The notes below the pieces were generated by a model. It made no database searches and was not told the origin of the DNA. It saw only the letters and a program-made list of their open reading frames with translations. This document shows, piece by piece, positions 19,993 through 29,717 of a DNA stretch of 64,000 nt (position 1 is its first letter; each line of letters opens with the position of its first letter). The position numbers were made by a program, and so were the translations under genes. This DNA is from Acidobacteriota bacterium (GTDB taxonomy: Bacteria > Acidobacteriota > UBA6911 > RPQK01 > JAJDTT01). The stretch spans positions 4,800,001-4,864,000 of the forward strand of contig CBDCJH010000002.1 in the NCBI GenBank assembly GCA_965217775.1, in the 5' to 3' direction.

Positions 19993-20439
19993 ATGTCGGA
20001 CTTGACCACGATTGCCTTGGGCCTTCTTTTCTTTCTTCCTTCCCTGGAGGCTCAATCCGAAGCGGTACAGGTCCGGGGACGGCTGGTCTGCGTCGAAGCC
20101 GGCACCGAGCCGGAGGAACCCATCGAGTGTCCCTCCGAAGCCCCGGTTCGCGCGTTGCTGGATGAGACCGGACGTCTGTACCGGTTCCGCCTTGACGATC
20201 CCAAGGTGTCCATGTTCGACGATCCTCGGGTCCGGACGCGGGAACTCCAGATCACCGGCCGCCTGGACCCATCGGATCGGTTGGAGATCATTCGGGTCAA
20301 ATCCATCGTCGACGGAGGTCTCCATTTCGTCTATTACCGGTGCGAGGTCTGCCACATCACCGCCTACGCATTCGGACCGTGCTGGTGTTGCCAGGACGAG
20401 TTCGAGTTTCGCGAGACCTTGACCCCTCCTCCCCAATGA
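19993..20439 (+). CDS. hypothetical exported protein with C-terminal CxxC...CxCC cluster
   Basis: signal-like N-terminus; YRCEVCH..GPCWCCQ. Confidence 0.75.
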   Translation: MSDLTTIALGLLFFLPSLEAQSEAVQVRGRLVCVEAGTEPEEPIECPSEAPVRALLDETGRLYRFRLDDPKVSMFDDPRVRTRELQITGRLDPSDRLEIIRVKSIVDGGLHFVYYRCEVCHITAYAFGPCWCCQDEFEFRETLTPPPQ

Positions 20440-20493
20440 CGGGACGGGGAATTTGAAACAAGTCGAACCACACTGGAGAAGGGATCGCCAACC

Positions 20494-21549
20494 ATGCTGA
20501 CCGTCGATTCTCACCTGGACCTTGCCTTCAATGCCGTGGAATGGAACCGGGACCTGACCCAACCCATCCATGCCATTCGGGAATCGGAGGCCGGCATGGG
20601 GCAGAAGGGCAGGGGCGCGGGGGTCGTGAGCTTTCAGGAGCTGCGCCAGGGACGGATCGGCCTGTTCTTCGCCACCGTCCACTGCCGGATCGCCTCCCTG
20701 GGGCGGCGGTTCGCAGGTGTGCGCAATCAGGACATCGCCTACGCCAAGGCCTGGGGCGAGTTGGCCTACTATCGGATCATGGAGTCCAAGGGAGTCCTGC
20801 GCCAGATCCGCGACGTCTCGGAACTCGAATCCCATTTGGAGGAATGGGACCGCAATCCCTCCTTCGCGCCGCTGGGATACGTGCTGAGCATGGAGGGATC
20901 CGACCCCATCGTCAGCCCCGGGCAGGTGCCCGAGTGGTGGGACCAGGGCCTGCGCGTGGTCAGCTTGTGCCACTACGGCGTGAGCACCTATTCCCACGGG
21001 ACGGGCGCCCCGGGCGGACTGACTCCGCGAGCCCCTGCGCTGCTGCGGGCCCTGGAAGAGGCGGGAATGATCCTGGACATCAGCCACCTGGCGGAGCAGG
21101 CCTTCTGGGAAGCCCTGGACCAGTTCGGCGGTCAGGTCGCGGCCACGCACAACTGCTGCCAGGCGCTCTGCGAGGGAGACCGTCAACTGAGCGACCGGCA
21201 GATCCGGGCTCTGGTGAGCCGCGGGGGCGTCATTGGAGTCGCCCTCGACGACTGGATGCTCTCACCGCGCTGGAGCGGCGAAGACCAGGACAACAGCTTC
21301 ATCAGCCTGGAGACCGTGACCGACCATATGGACCACATCTGTCAATTGGCCGGCGACGCCCGCCACGCTGCCATCGGATCGGACCTGGACGGGGGATACG
21401 GGAGGGAACAGTGCCCCCACGATCTGCACACCATCGCCGATCTGCGCAAGATTCCCGCCATTCTGGAAAAGCGGGGCTACACCCTGGAGGACGTGACCTC
21501 CATCATGGGAGGCAACTGGGTCCGCCTGCTCCGCGAAACCTGGAGCTGA
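20494..21549 (+). CDS. membrane dipeptidase (M19) family protein
   Basis: VDSHLD, LSMEG, LDISH, ATH, IGSDLDG, GGNW. Confidence 0.93.
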   Translation: MLTVDSHLDLAFNAVEWNRDLTQPIHAIRESEAGMGQKGRGAGVVSFQELRQGRIGLFFATVHCRIASLGRRFAGVRNQDIAYAKAWGELAYYRIMESKGVLRQIRDVSELESHLEEWDRNPSFAPLGYVLSMEGSDPIVSPGQVPEWWDQGLRVVSLCHYGVSTYSHGTGAPGGLTPRAPALLRALEEAGMILDISHLAEQAFWEALDQFGGQVAATHNCCQALCEGDRQLSDRQIRALVSRGGVIGVALDDWMLSPRWSGEDQDNSFISLETVTDHMDHICQLAGDARHAAIGSDLDGGYGREQCPHDLHTIADLRKIPAILEKRGYTLEDVTSIMGGNWVRLLRETWS

Positions 21550-21589
21550 CCGCCGGTCTCACCCCGAGGACGGCGTCCCCGGCACAGCG

Positions 21590-22012
21590 TCAGATCTCCC
21601 AAAACCCGGGAACCGGAACTGCCTCGTCGTCGCCCGGCCAGGGAGGCATGGTGGCGATGACGAACTCCATGGGGCCGGCGCCCATGTTCCGGAACTGAAA
21701 ATGGGTGCCCAGGGGAATGTCCACTGCCGTTCCCGGAGCGACCGGAACGACGCCCCCCGAGGCGGAGTCAGGAGGCTTGCGCCACAGTTCTCCGGTTCCC
21801 CGCAGGAAGTACCAGATCTCCTCCACGCTCCGGTGCCGCACCGGGCTCGACACCTGGCCCGGAGCCAGGCTGCAGTGGACCATGCTCCCACCTTTCAACG
21901 CCGGAAGCAGGCGGATGCGGGACCCGTCCGGCGCCAGACAGTCATAGCCCGGCGCGCCCGCTTCCCGGGCCGGCCGGTCCACCAACCGGTCAGGAATCCG
22001 CCGGGTCTGCAT
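21590..22012 (-). CDS. cupin domain protein
   Basis: APDGS, H.SVEEIWYFLRG.G, IP.GTHFQFRN, TMPPWPG. Confidence 0.88.
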   Translation of the reverse strand: MQTRRIPDRLVDRPAREAGAPGYDCLAPDGSRIRLLPALKGGSMVHCSLAPGQVSSPVRHRSVEEIWYFLRGTGELWRKPPDSASGGVVPVAPGTAVDIPLGTHFQFRNMGAGPMEFVIATMPPWPGDDEAVPVPGFWEI

Positions 22013-22016
22013 GGCT

Positions 22017-23213
22017 TCAGCGCGCCATCATGCGGATACAGACCGGCATGGGAATGTCCGCTGTCTGACCGCTCGCTTCAAGCGCCCCGGTCTCCGGGTC
22101 GATCCGGAAGACCACCACGCTGTCCGAATCCTGGTTGGCCGCCAACAGCCAGGTCCCGGTGGGGTCGATCTGGAAATTCCGAGGCGTCTTCCCCCGGGTC
22201 GACTCGTGTCCCCGAGCCGTCAACTGGCCCGTCTCCTGGTCGACGGAGAAGACCGCGATGCTGTCGTGGCCCCGGTTGGAGCCGTAGAGGAAGCGGCCCG
22301 AAGGATGGACCCGGACTTCAGCAGTGTGGGTGACGCCCTGGAAATCTTCGGGAATCGTGGAGATGGTCTGAAGCGGATCCAGCGTCCCCTTGTCGCCATC
22401 GTAACGGAAGGCGGTCACGGTGGAGCCCATTTCGTTGATCACGTAGCCGAACCGGCCGCTGGGATGGAAAGCGAAATGGCGGGGTCCCGCTCCGGGGGCG
22501 ACCGAAACCGATGGCGGCTCGTTGGGCTCCAGGACACCCGTGGCGGTGTCGAAGCGGTAGACCATGACTTCGTCCGTGCCCAGGTCGGCCGCCACGGCAA
22601 ACCGGTTCCCCGGATCCAGGTTGATGCTGTGAGCGCGCGGACCCGTCTGCCGCACCGGGTCCACGCTGGAACCCTCATGTTGGATCACCGAAGTGGCAGG
22701 ACCCAGGCGGCCTTCAGAATCGATGGGGAAGGAGGCGACGGTTCCGCCCGTGTAGGTGGCCAGCAGCAAGTTGCGGCCGGCCTGGTCCACCACCAGGTGG
22801 CACGGAATGGCGCCAGCCGAGGGCTGCAGGTTCAGGAAGGAGAGCCGGCCGCCGGCAGGATCGATGGCGTAGGCGGAGACGGTCCCCGTCTTTTCGCCTT
22901 CGAAGTCGGCGATCTCGCTGACGGCGTAGAGATACCGGCCGTTGGGATGAAGGGCCAGGAAAGAGGGATTTTCGATTCCCGACACCACAGACAGCCGTTC
23001 CAGAGCCCCCGAGTCGGGATCCATCCGGTAGGTGTAGATCCCCTCGCTGTCGGTCCTGGTGTAGGTGCCGAAAAAGACGAGCAGATCTCCTCCGCTCTCC
23101 GGTTGTTCCATGGTTCCCACCTCTTCCCGAGTGCAGGATGCAGCCCCACCGAGCAGGGTCAGCAAGACCACACCAAGATTCTTCCATCGCTCCCAAGCTG
23201 GCCGACCTCTCAT
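22017..23213 (-). CDS. pgl: 6-phosphogluconolactonase-like lactonase (7-bladed propeller), putative lipoprotein
   Basis: GTYT, NPSFLA, HAH-like RAHS, ADLGTD, GAGPRH, SNRGHDSI, TPRNF; LLGGAASC lipobox-like. Confidence 0.9.
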   Translation of the reverse strand: MRGRPAWERWKNLGVVLLTLLGGAASCTREEVGTMEQPESGGDLLVFFGTYTRTDSEGIYTYRMDPDSGALERLSVVSGIENPSFLALHPNGRYLYAVSEIADFEGEKTGTVSAYAIDPAGGRLSFLNLQPSAGAIPCHLVVDQAGRNLLLATYTGGTVASFPIDSEGRLGPATSVIQHEGSSVDPVRQTGPRAHSINLDPGNRFAVAADLGTDEVMVYRFDTATGVLEPNEPPSVSVAPGAGPRHFAFHPSGRFGYVINEMGSTVTAFRYDGDKGTLDPLQTISTIPEDFQGVTHTAEVRVHPSGRFLYGSNRGHDSIAVFSVDQETGQLTARGHESTRGKTPRNFQIDPTGTWLLAANQDSDSVVVFRIDPETGALEASGQTADIPMPVCIRMMAR

Positions 23214-23375
23214 GACGCCTCCACGCTGCTGGACCACGGAACACGATTGGGAATGGACGATCCCGCCTTCCCTTCCCCCTGTTCTCTCACTCCGTTCCGC
23301 CATGTTACCCTTTTCCGGCCCTCCCGTCGGTCCCGGTCTCGGAGGGACAAAAATCCCAGACCTTTCGAGGGAAAC

Positions 23376-24977
23376 ATGCGGAAACAAACTCCCAGCTTGA
23401 TCGGCATCGCCGTCGCAATCGTTCTTCTGATCGGCCTGACTGCCCCGGGCCAAGCCGGGGCGTCGTCCCACGCCGAACGGATCAAGGGAGGCCGGGAACT
23501 TCACGACCCCGGGCTGCATCTCTTCCTGGACGACGAAGAGGTCCAGGATCGTCCCGGATTCACCCGGGTGGTCCAGAATCCGACCCGGATCCGCCGTGAT
23601 CCGGTGCTGGTGCCGGATCGCCCCTGGGAAGGACACGCGGTGCAGCTCTGGGGCTCGGTCCTGTACGACCGGGAGGAGAAGCTCTTCAAGATGTGGTACT
23701 TCTCCGCCAACACCCCCATGTACCGCCGCCTGGGGCGCGGATACCTCATCTGCTATGCCATTTCCAAAGACGGAATCGTCTGGGACAAACCCAACCTGGA
23801 TCTGGTGCCTGTCGACGGTTCTTCCGCCAACAACGTCGTCTACCCCACGCCGGGGATGCCGGCCTCCTGGGGCATCGATCCCTGGGGCGTGGTGAAGGAT
23901 CCTGACGAGCCGGATCCCGCGCGGCGGTACAAGATGGGCATGTATCAGCAACGCCCCACCGGCGCCGAGTCGGATCTGGAACGCCCCGGCATGAATCGCG
24001 AACAGAAGAACCGGGCGCGGAAAGTCTTGCTCCAGGCCATACGGGACCGGCACGGAATGTACGCCGCGTTCTCTCCCGACGGGATCCGTTGGACTCCGGG
24101 GGAGGAGATCCTGGTCCCCCGGGGCGGCGACGCCGGAGCCATGGTCTACGATCCTCTGGGCGAGCGCTATCTGGCCACGACCCGGCGTTACGGGACCATC
24201 ATGGATCACTTCGTCGTGGGCTGGAAAGGGTATCGCCGCGTGGTCGCCCTCTCCACCAGCAAGGACTTCGTCCATTGGACCCCGCTGAAGACGATCCTCA
24301 AGCCGGACGATCTGGACCATCCCCGGGACCAGATGTACGTCATGACCCCCTTCGCCTACGGGAACCAGTACATAGGGTTCATCGGCATGCTCCACTCCTC
24401 CACCGAGCTGGGACCGACACAACTGGCGACCGCTCGCGATCCGGCCCACTGGCGGCGGGTCGGACGCCGTCAGGAGTTCCTGCCGGTGGGTGCTCCGGGA
24501 AGCTGGGACGGGGCTTGGGCCACACCCTCCGGGAACCCGCCGGTCCTGAAGGGAAACCAGCTCTATCTCTGGTATTCGGGCCGTCCCCAGGCCCACGGCA
24601 CTTCCGGAATGTGGAAGAGCTCCATCGGTGTCCTGACCCTGCGCAAAGACGGTTTCGTGGCGCTGCGCAGCGGCATCCGCGGCGGTGACGTCATGACCGA
24701 GCCGGTGACGGTGACCGGTCCCAAGTTGGTCCTCAACGCCTACTCTTTCTTTGGCGCCGTCCGGATCCGGATCATTCACGACGGCGCGGTGGCACCCGGC
24801 TATTCCTTCGAGGAATGCAACGGCCTGGAAAAGGGGAACGAGACCGACTTTCCGGTGACCTGGGGTCCGGACCGGCGCGATCTTTCCTCCTTCGTAGGCA
24901 AAAAGGTCCGGCTCCAGATTCAGGCCGACAACGCCACCAGCCTCTTCTCCTACCGCTTCGCCGCAACCGCCGAGTGA
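23376..24977 (+). CDS. exported five-bladed beta-propeller protein (GH32/GH130-like fold), function unknown
   Basis: signal peptide; LFLDD, PDRPWE, FKMWY, YAISKDGIVW.KP, SPDGIRW, SKDFVHW, LRKDGF. Confidence 0.75.
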   Translation: MRKQTPSLIGIAVAIVLLIGLTAPGQAGASSHAERIKGGRELHDPGLHLFLDDEEVQDRPGFTRVVQNPTRIRRDPVLVPDRPWEGHAVQLWGSVLYDREEKLFKMWYFSANTPMYRRLGRGYLICYAISKDGIVWDKPNLDLVPVDGSSANNVVYPTPGMPASWGIDPWGVVKDPDEPDPARRYKMGMYQQRPTGAESDLERPGMNREQKNRARKVLLQAIRDRHGMYAAFSPDGIRWTPGEEILVPRGGDAGAMVYDPLGERYLATTRRYGTIMDHFVVGWKGYRRVVALSTSKDFVHWTPLKTILKPDDLDHPRDQMYVMTPFAYGNQYIGFIGMLHSSTELGPTQLATARDPAHWRRVGRRQEFLPVGAPGSWDGAWATPSGNPPVLKGNQLYLWYSGRPQAHGTSGMWKSSIGVLTLRKDGFVALRSGIRGGDVMTEPVTVTGPKLVLNAYSFFGAVRIRIIHDGAVAPGYSFEECNGLEKGNETDFPVTWGPDRRDLSSFVGKKVRLQIQADNATSLFSYRFAATAE

Positions 24978-25039
24978 CATCACTTGGATTCTCTCGGCCT
25001 CGAACGTATCCTCGTGGGCGGAGCGCGGAGACCGATTCC

Positions 25040-25966
25040 ATGAGCCGGACATCAGGAGTGCACAAACGGACGAAGCCCGGAATGCTGGGCGCCGTGGACA
25101 TTCCCTGGAACTCCGATTTTTCTCTGGACCAGGAGCATTTCCGGGGATTGATCCGGCGGCTGCAGACGCTGGGAGCCGGACGGCTCTACATCATGGGAAC
25201 GGCGGGCGAGGGCTACGCCATGTCGGACACGCGCTTTCGTGAGGTGGTGGACGTGTTCGTCGAAGAGATGTCCGGCTCCGGCATCGAGGCCCAGGTGGGC
25301 GTCATCTCACTGTCCATGGAGCAGATCGTGGAGCGGCTCGAGTACGCCCACCGCCAGGGAATCCGATCTTTCCAGATCTCGCTGCCGGCCTGGGGAGCGC
25401 TGGACGACGCCGAGATGATGGGGTTCTTCAAGACCGTCTGCGGCCGGTTTCCCGACTCGGAGTTCCTGCACTACAACCTGGTGCGAACCAAGCGCATCCT
25501 GACCGGCGATGACTACCGGTTGATCCTGGACGAGGTCCCCAATCTGGTGGCCAGCAAACAGAGCTCCACCGACATGAACCGGATCCGGGACTGGATGATC
25601 AAGGCGCCCGAGATGCAGCATTTCATGCTCGAAACCTGCTTCGCCTACGCTTGCCAGTTTGGAGAGTGCTCCCTTCTCTGCAGCATGCACGGGGCGTTTC
25701 CCGGTCTGACCCGCGAGTACTTTGCCGCCGGCCAGGATGGAGACATCGTCCGGGCGCTGGAGATCGCCGAGAAGTTCCGAATTCACGGCGAAGGCCTCTT
25801 CGGTCACCTGAACCGGTCCATGATCGACGGCGCCTACGACAAGCTGATGGTCTGGCTGACGGACCCGACGTTTCCCATTCGCCTGTTGCCGCCGTATGAG
25901 GGATTCACCGGCCAGGAGGCGGAAGTCAGCCTGGAGTACTACCGCAATCAGCGCGGCGAGGCCTGA
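25040..25966 (+). CDS. DapA/NanA-like class I aldolase family protein
   Basis: MGTAGEG, LHYN, Schiff-base-type Lys in VASKQS. Confidence 0.85.
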   Translation: MSRTSGVHKRTKPGMLGAVDIPWNSDFSLDQEHFRGLIRRLQTLGAGRLYIMGTAGEGYAMSDTRFREVVDVFVEEMSGSGIEAQVGVISLSMEQIVERLEYAHRQGIRSFQISLPAWGALDDAEMMGFFKTVCGRFPDSEFLHYNLVRTKRILTGDDYRLILDEVPNLVASKQSSTDMNRIRDWMIKAPEMQHFMLETCFAYACQFGECSLLCSMHGAFPGLTREYFAAGQDGDIVRALEIAEKFRIHGEGLFGHLNRSMIDGAYDKLMVWLTDPTFPIRLLPPYEGFTGQEAEVSLEYYRNQRGEA

Positions 25967-25968
25967 AC

Positions 25969-26820
25969 ATGGGGAGCCACCGGACCTACAACGGCGTTTC
26001 CATGCCTGAGTTCATGTACGGCACCGCCTGGAAGAAGGAGGAGACGACCCGTCTGGTCAAGCTGGCCGTCACCAGCGGCTTTACCGCCATCGACACCGCC
26101 AACCAGATCATCCACTACGATGAGGCCCGCGTGGGAGACGCCCTGCTCGATCTGAGCCGCCAGGGAATCGAACGGGAATCCCTTTTCCTCCAGACCAAGT
26201 TCACATCCGCCGGAGGCCAGGACCATCGGCCCCCCTACGATGCGTCCGCGGACATCACCACCCAGGTGGGGCAATCCTTCCGGAGTTCCCTCCGGCATCT
26301 GCACACCGATCACCTGGATTCGTACGTCCTGCACGGCCCCTACTCGCGGATGGGACTGGGGGCGGAGGACTGGGAAGTCTGGGCGGCCATCGAAGGAATC
26401 TACAAGTCGGCCGGGACCCGGGTGATCGGGGTCAGCAACGTCAGTGCGGAACAGCTCGACGAGCTCTGCCGGCGAGCGGAAGTCAAGCCCATGGTGGTGC
26501 AGAACCGGTGTTTCGCCGTCCTGGGCTGGGACTACCGGGTCCGGGAGATCTGCCGCGCCCACGGGATCGTCTACCAGGGATTCTCGCTCCTGACGGCGAA
26601 TCGCCAGTTCCTGTTCCACCCCCGGATTCGGGAGATCGCCGGCCGTCTTGGGGTCGGCCCGGCTCAAGTGGTCTTCCGGTTCGCCCTGGAGGTGGGGATG
26701 CAGCCCCTCACGGGGACCAGCGACCGGGACCACATGGTCGAGGACCTGGCGGTCCGATCGCTGCGGCTCTCCCGGGAAGAGACGGCGTTCATCGAGACCA
26801 TCGCCCTGAACCGGCCGTGA
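25969..26820 (+). CDS. aldo/keto reductase
   Basis: YGTAW, IDTA, LQTKF, YVLHGP, IGVSN, VQNR. Confidence 0.93.
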   Translation: MGSHRTYNGVSMPEFMYGTAWKKEETTRLVKLAVTSGFTAIDTANQIIHYDEARVGDALLDLSRQGIERESLFLQTKFTSAGGQDHRPPYDASADITTQVGQSFRSSLRHLHTDHLDSYVLHGPYSRMGLGAEDWEVWAAIEGIYKSAGTRVIGVSNVSAEQLDELCRRAEVKPMVVQNRCFAVLGWDYRVREICRAHGIVYQGFSLLTANRQFLFHPRIREIAGRLGVGPAQVVFRFALEVGMQPLTGTSDRDHMVEDLAVRSLRLSREETAFIETIALNRP

Positions 26821-26826
26821 CGCGGC

Positions 26827-28155
26827 TCAGGCCCCTCCGGGAATCGCCCAGTGGCCCTTCCGGTAGCTGCGGGCGAGCAGGGCGTCCGCTTCTTCGTCGC
26901 CCGAGATCCGCTCCACCGCCGGATCGAAGTGGAAGGACCGGCCCACCCTCACGCCGATGTTTGCCAGGTGACAGAGGGAGGTGGACAGGTGCGCCGTTTC
27001 GGCATCGGCCGTGAGACCGGTCTGGCCTCGAATCGCTTTCACCCAGGTGAGGAAGTTACTCGTCATGTCCATTTTCGGAAGAACACTTGGCTGCTTTTCG
27101 AGACGCTTGTTCTCCCCGTCCCAAAGTTGGAACCGCCCCCGGCGGCTGAAGAGCATCTTCCCCCCGGTCCCCAGAAACTCGACGCCGCCGTCCACGTCGT
27201 AGGGATGGTTGGCGGACCAGATCCTCATCTCGAAGACCAACTGCCTGCGCTCCCCGACGCTTCCCTTGCCCGGATAGTCGAAGGTTGCTGTGACGGTGTC
27301 GGGGAACTCCTGGTCGTCGTCGAAGAAGAACTTGCCGCCGGCCACGGCCACCTGGCTGGGATGGACGTCGAGTCCCAGACCCCAGCGGGCCATGTCGAAC
27401 TCGTGGACGCCGTCGTTTCCCAGATCGCCGGTGCCGAAGTCGTACCACCAGTGCCAGGAATAATGGTGCCGGTTCTTCTGGAACGGGACCATGGGAGCCG
27501 GCCCCAACCAGAGGTCGTAGTCGAACCCGTCCGGCGGGGAACCGGGCCGCTCGCGGCCGATGTTGCGCCGCTTCTGGACGTTCCAGGCCTTGGCCACGAG
27601 CACGTCGCCGATGACGCCCTCGTGCAACATTTGCACCGCCTCGACGAACCCCCGGCTGCTGCGGGCCTGGGTCCCGTGCTGAAGGACGCGGCCGGACCGC
27701 CGGGCGGCCTCGACCAAAAGGCGGCCTTCGCGGAGATTGTGGGAGCACGGCTTCTCCAGGTAGACGTGCTTGCCGGCGTCCAACGCCAGGATCGCCGCCG
27801 GAGTATGCCAGTGGTCGGGGGTCGCAATGGTCACCGCGTCGACGGTGGGATCGTCGAGAATTCTCCGCAGATCGTCGACGGGTTGGGCGCCACCGGCCTC
27901 GCCGGAGGCCTGGGCACACCGGTTCTCGTCCGGGTCGCAGACGTAGGCGATCTCGGTGTTGACCCCCTGGGGGAACCGGCCGATGTGGGAGCGCCGGCCC
28001 TGGCCTCCGCAACCGATGACCGCAAAGCGGATGCGGTCGTTGGCGCCGGCCGCCCGGGCCGGGACCGAACTCAGAACCGGGGATGACGCAGCGACAGCGG
28101 CCGCAGCCCCGGACCCCTTCAAGAATTCCCGCCGGTTGACTCCAACTCTTGTCAT
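26827..28155 (-). CDS. Tat-exported Gfo/Idh/MocA oxidoreductase
   Basis: NRREFLK signal, IGCGGQG, ATPDHWH, GKHVYLEKP, GNDGVH. Confidence 0.94.
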   Translation of the reverse strand: MTRVGVNRREFLKGSGAAAAVAASSPVLSSVPARAAGANDRIRFAVIGCGGQGRRSHIGRFPQGVNTEIAYVCDPDENRCAQASGEAGGAQPVDDLRRILDDPTVDAVTIATPDHWHTPAAILALDAGKHVYLEKPCSHNLREGRLLVEAARRSGRVLQHGTQARSSRGFVEAVQMLHEGVIGDVLVAKAWNVQKRRNIGRERPGSPPDGFDYDLWLGPAPMVPFQKNRHHYSWHWWYDFGTGDLGNDGVHEFDMARWGLGLDVHPSQVAVAGGKFFFDDDQEFPDTVTATFDYPGKGSVGERRQLVFEMRIWSANHPYDVDGGVEFLGTGGKMLFSRRGRFQLWDGENKRLEKQPSVLPKMDMTSNFLTWVKAIRGQTGLTADAETAHLSTSLCHLANIGVRVGRSFHFDPAVERISGDEEADALLARSYRKGHWAIPGGA

Positions 28156-28440
28156 TGTGCCTCCTTTTGCCGCGCCAGCGGCCCAGCGCGGAATCCGTAG
28201 CGACTCAGCGAACACTCGCGTTTGTTCTCCTACTCTACACCCTGGGCGAAACGTTGCCACGGCCGGCATCGGCGAGGAGCGGACCACTTTTGCTCAGGTC
28301 ATGTCGCAGACGGGAGGCCCGTTTCTTACAATTAAATTAATGAATCTATAGTCAGCTACACCCAGCCGGAGAGAGGGCAACATCGTCAAGAACTTCGGTC
28401 CAGCATGTCTGCCGATTTCGCCAAAGGAGGTGGACGGTCG

Positions 28441-29398
28441 ATGATCCCGGAACAACCACACCGCGAGCACCAACTCAAACCCTTCGGTTGGACGGGCCGC
28501 GAGGCCGAGTGGATCGCATTGGTCTGCCGTCATAGCGACCTGTTCACCCACTCCCAGTTCTGCACCTACTTGCACGCGCGGCCCAACCGGGCGCGCCAGT
28601 TCGTCCGCTGCTTGCGGAATCGCCGCCAAGCGGTCGAAGTCAACCTGGACGGCCTCCCAGCCGCCGCGCGACCCTGCCGGATCTCCGGCAAAGCCATCTA
28701 CCAAGCACTGGGCATCGAGAACGTGGGCCACCGCTGCACCGCCTCCGCTCCCGTCCTGATGCGGCGGCTGCTGTCACTCGACCTACATCCTGGAGCACCC
28801 GCAGCAGTCGTGGCTTACCTCGGAACAGGAAAAAGTCGCCGCCTTCGATGACTTCGACATTCCCCGTCAGGCCCTCCCCCGTCGTTACTACACCGGAAAC
28901 AAGGCGGTCTGGATCCGTTACTTTGCCCTGGAGCTCCCCCTATCCATCGGGCCCGAGACCGTCACCTTCGTCTACGTGGACCCGGGCTACGACACCGACC
29001 GGAACCTGATGGCCTGGGGATCGAGCCACGCGCCGCTCTGGCGGGCCCTGCGCCGGAAGGGACGCCGGATCCGGGTCGTCGCTGTCGCGCGTGACGAAAC
29101 CCAGTTGGGACGGGCCAACGAGGTCCTGAACCGCTGGACTGAAGGGCACTGGCCGAAGGGCTGCCAGCCGCTCACGTCCGACGAAGAGGAGGAGATAGAA
29201 GAGATTCGTCTGGCGTTCTTTCGGAGTGACTGGACTGCGCTGGAGCGTTGGGGCGGGCCCCAATCGGCCCTTTTCTATCAACGCGACCTGAAGCGCCGAC
29301 CGGCGTTCGAGGGTTCCGAATGCGGATTCCGGATTGACCGAGCGGACACATGGCGCTCGCAGAGGTTGTCGTTCTCTTCTGGAGCAACCCTCCAATAA
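28441..29398 (+). pseudogene. frameshifted hypothetical gene of a type likely carried on mobile elements
   Basis: strong RBS AAGGAGG; ..RRLLSLD continues as YILEHP..EQEKV..RYFALELP..FVYVDPG if one base is removed near 28784, joining ORFs 28405..28851 and 28976..29398. Confidence 0.7.
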
Positions 29399-29477
29399 CC
29401 CGCTTCGCAGTAGTGATTTCCCAGGGTCAGACCAATCTGGCTGGCTCCCAAGCACGCGGTCAGACTGCGCCTCCTTG

Positions 29478-29717
29478 CCCGCATTTCTCACCAGGCCGCT
29501 ACGCGTATGATGAAAAATAATCTGTTTTTGAGCATTTACGCGGATTTTTCCAAGGTTTCTCCGGGACAGACTGCGCTGGGCGCGCGCTCGCTGGTCTTTT
29601 CGCCCTCAGCGCGCACATGCTCCCTCAAACGTAGTTACCACTACGCTCTCGGTCGCGAGCACGCGCTGAGGGCGAAAATCCTGCGCGATCGTCACGCCCC
29701 CTGGTGAGAAATGCGGG
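29478..29717. mobile_element. MITE-like element family A, long copy
   Basis: same 18-bp TIR as 2655-2791, homologous interior, plus about 100 bp internal hairpin. Confidence 0.85.

Noticed and set aside
22011-25052. Two ~1000-aa overlapping antiparallel ORFs
   Set aside because: Each is a real gene (lactonase 22017-23213 on minus; propeller 23376-24977 on plus) extended by the stop-free antisense frame of the other, which is common at high GC.
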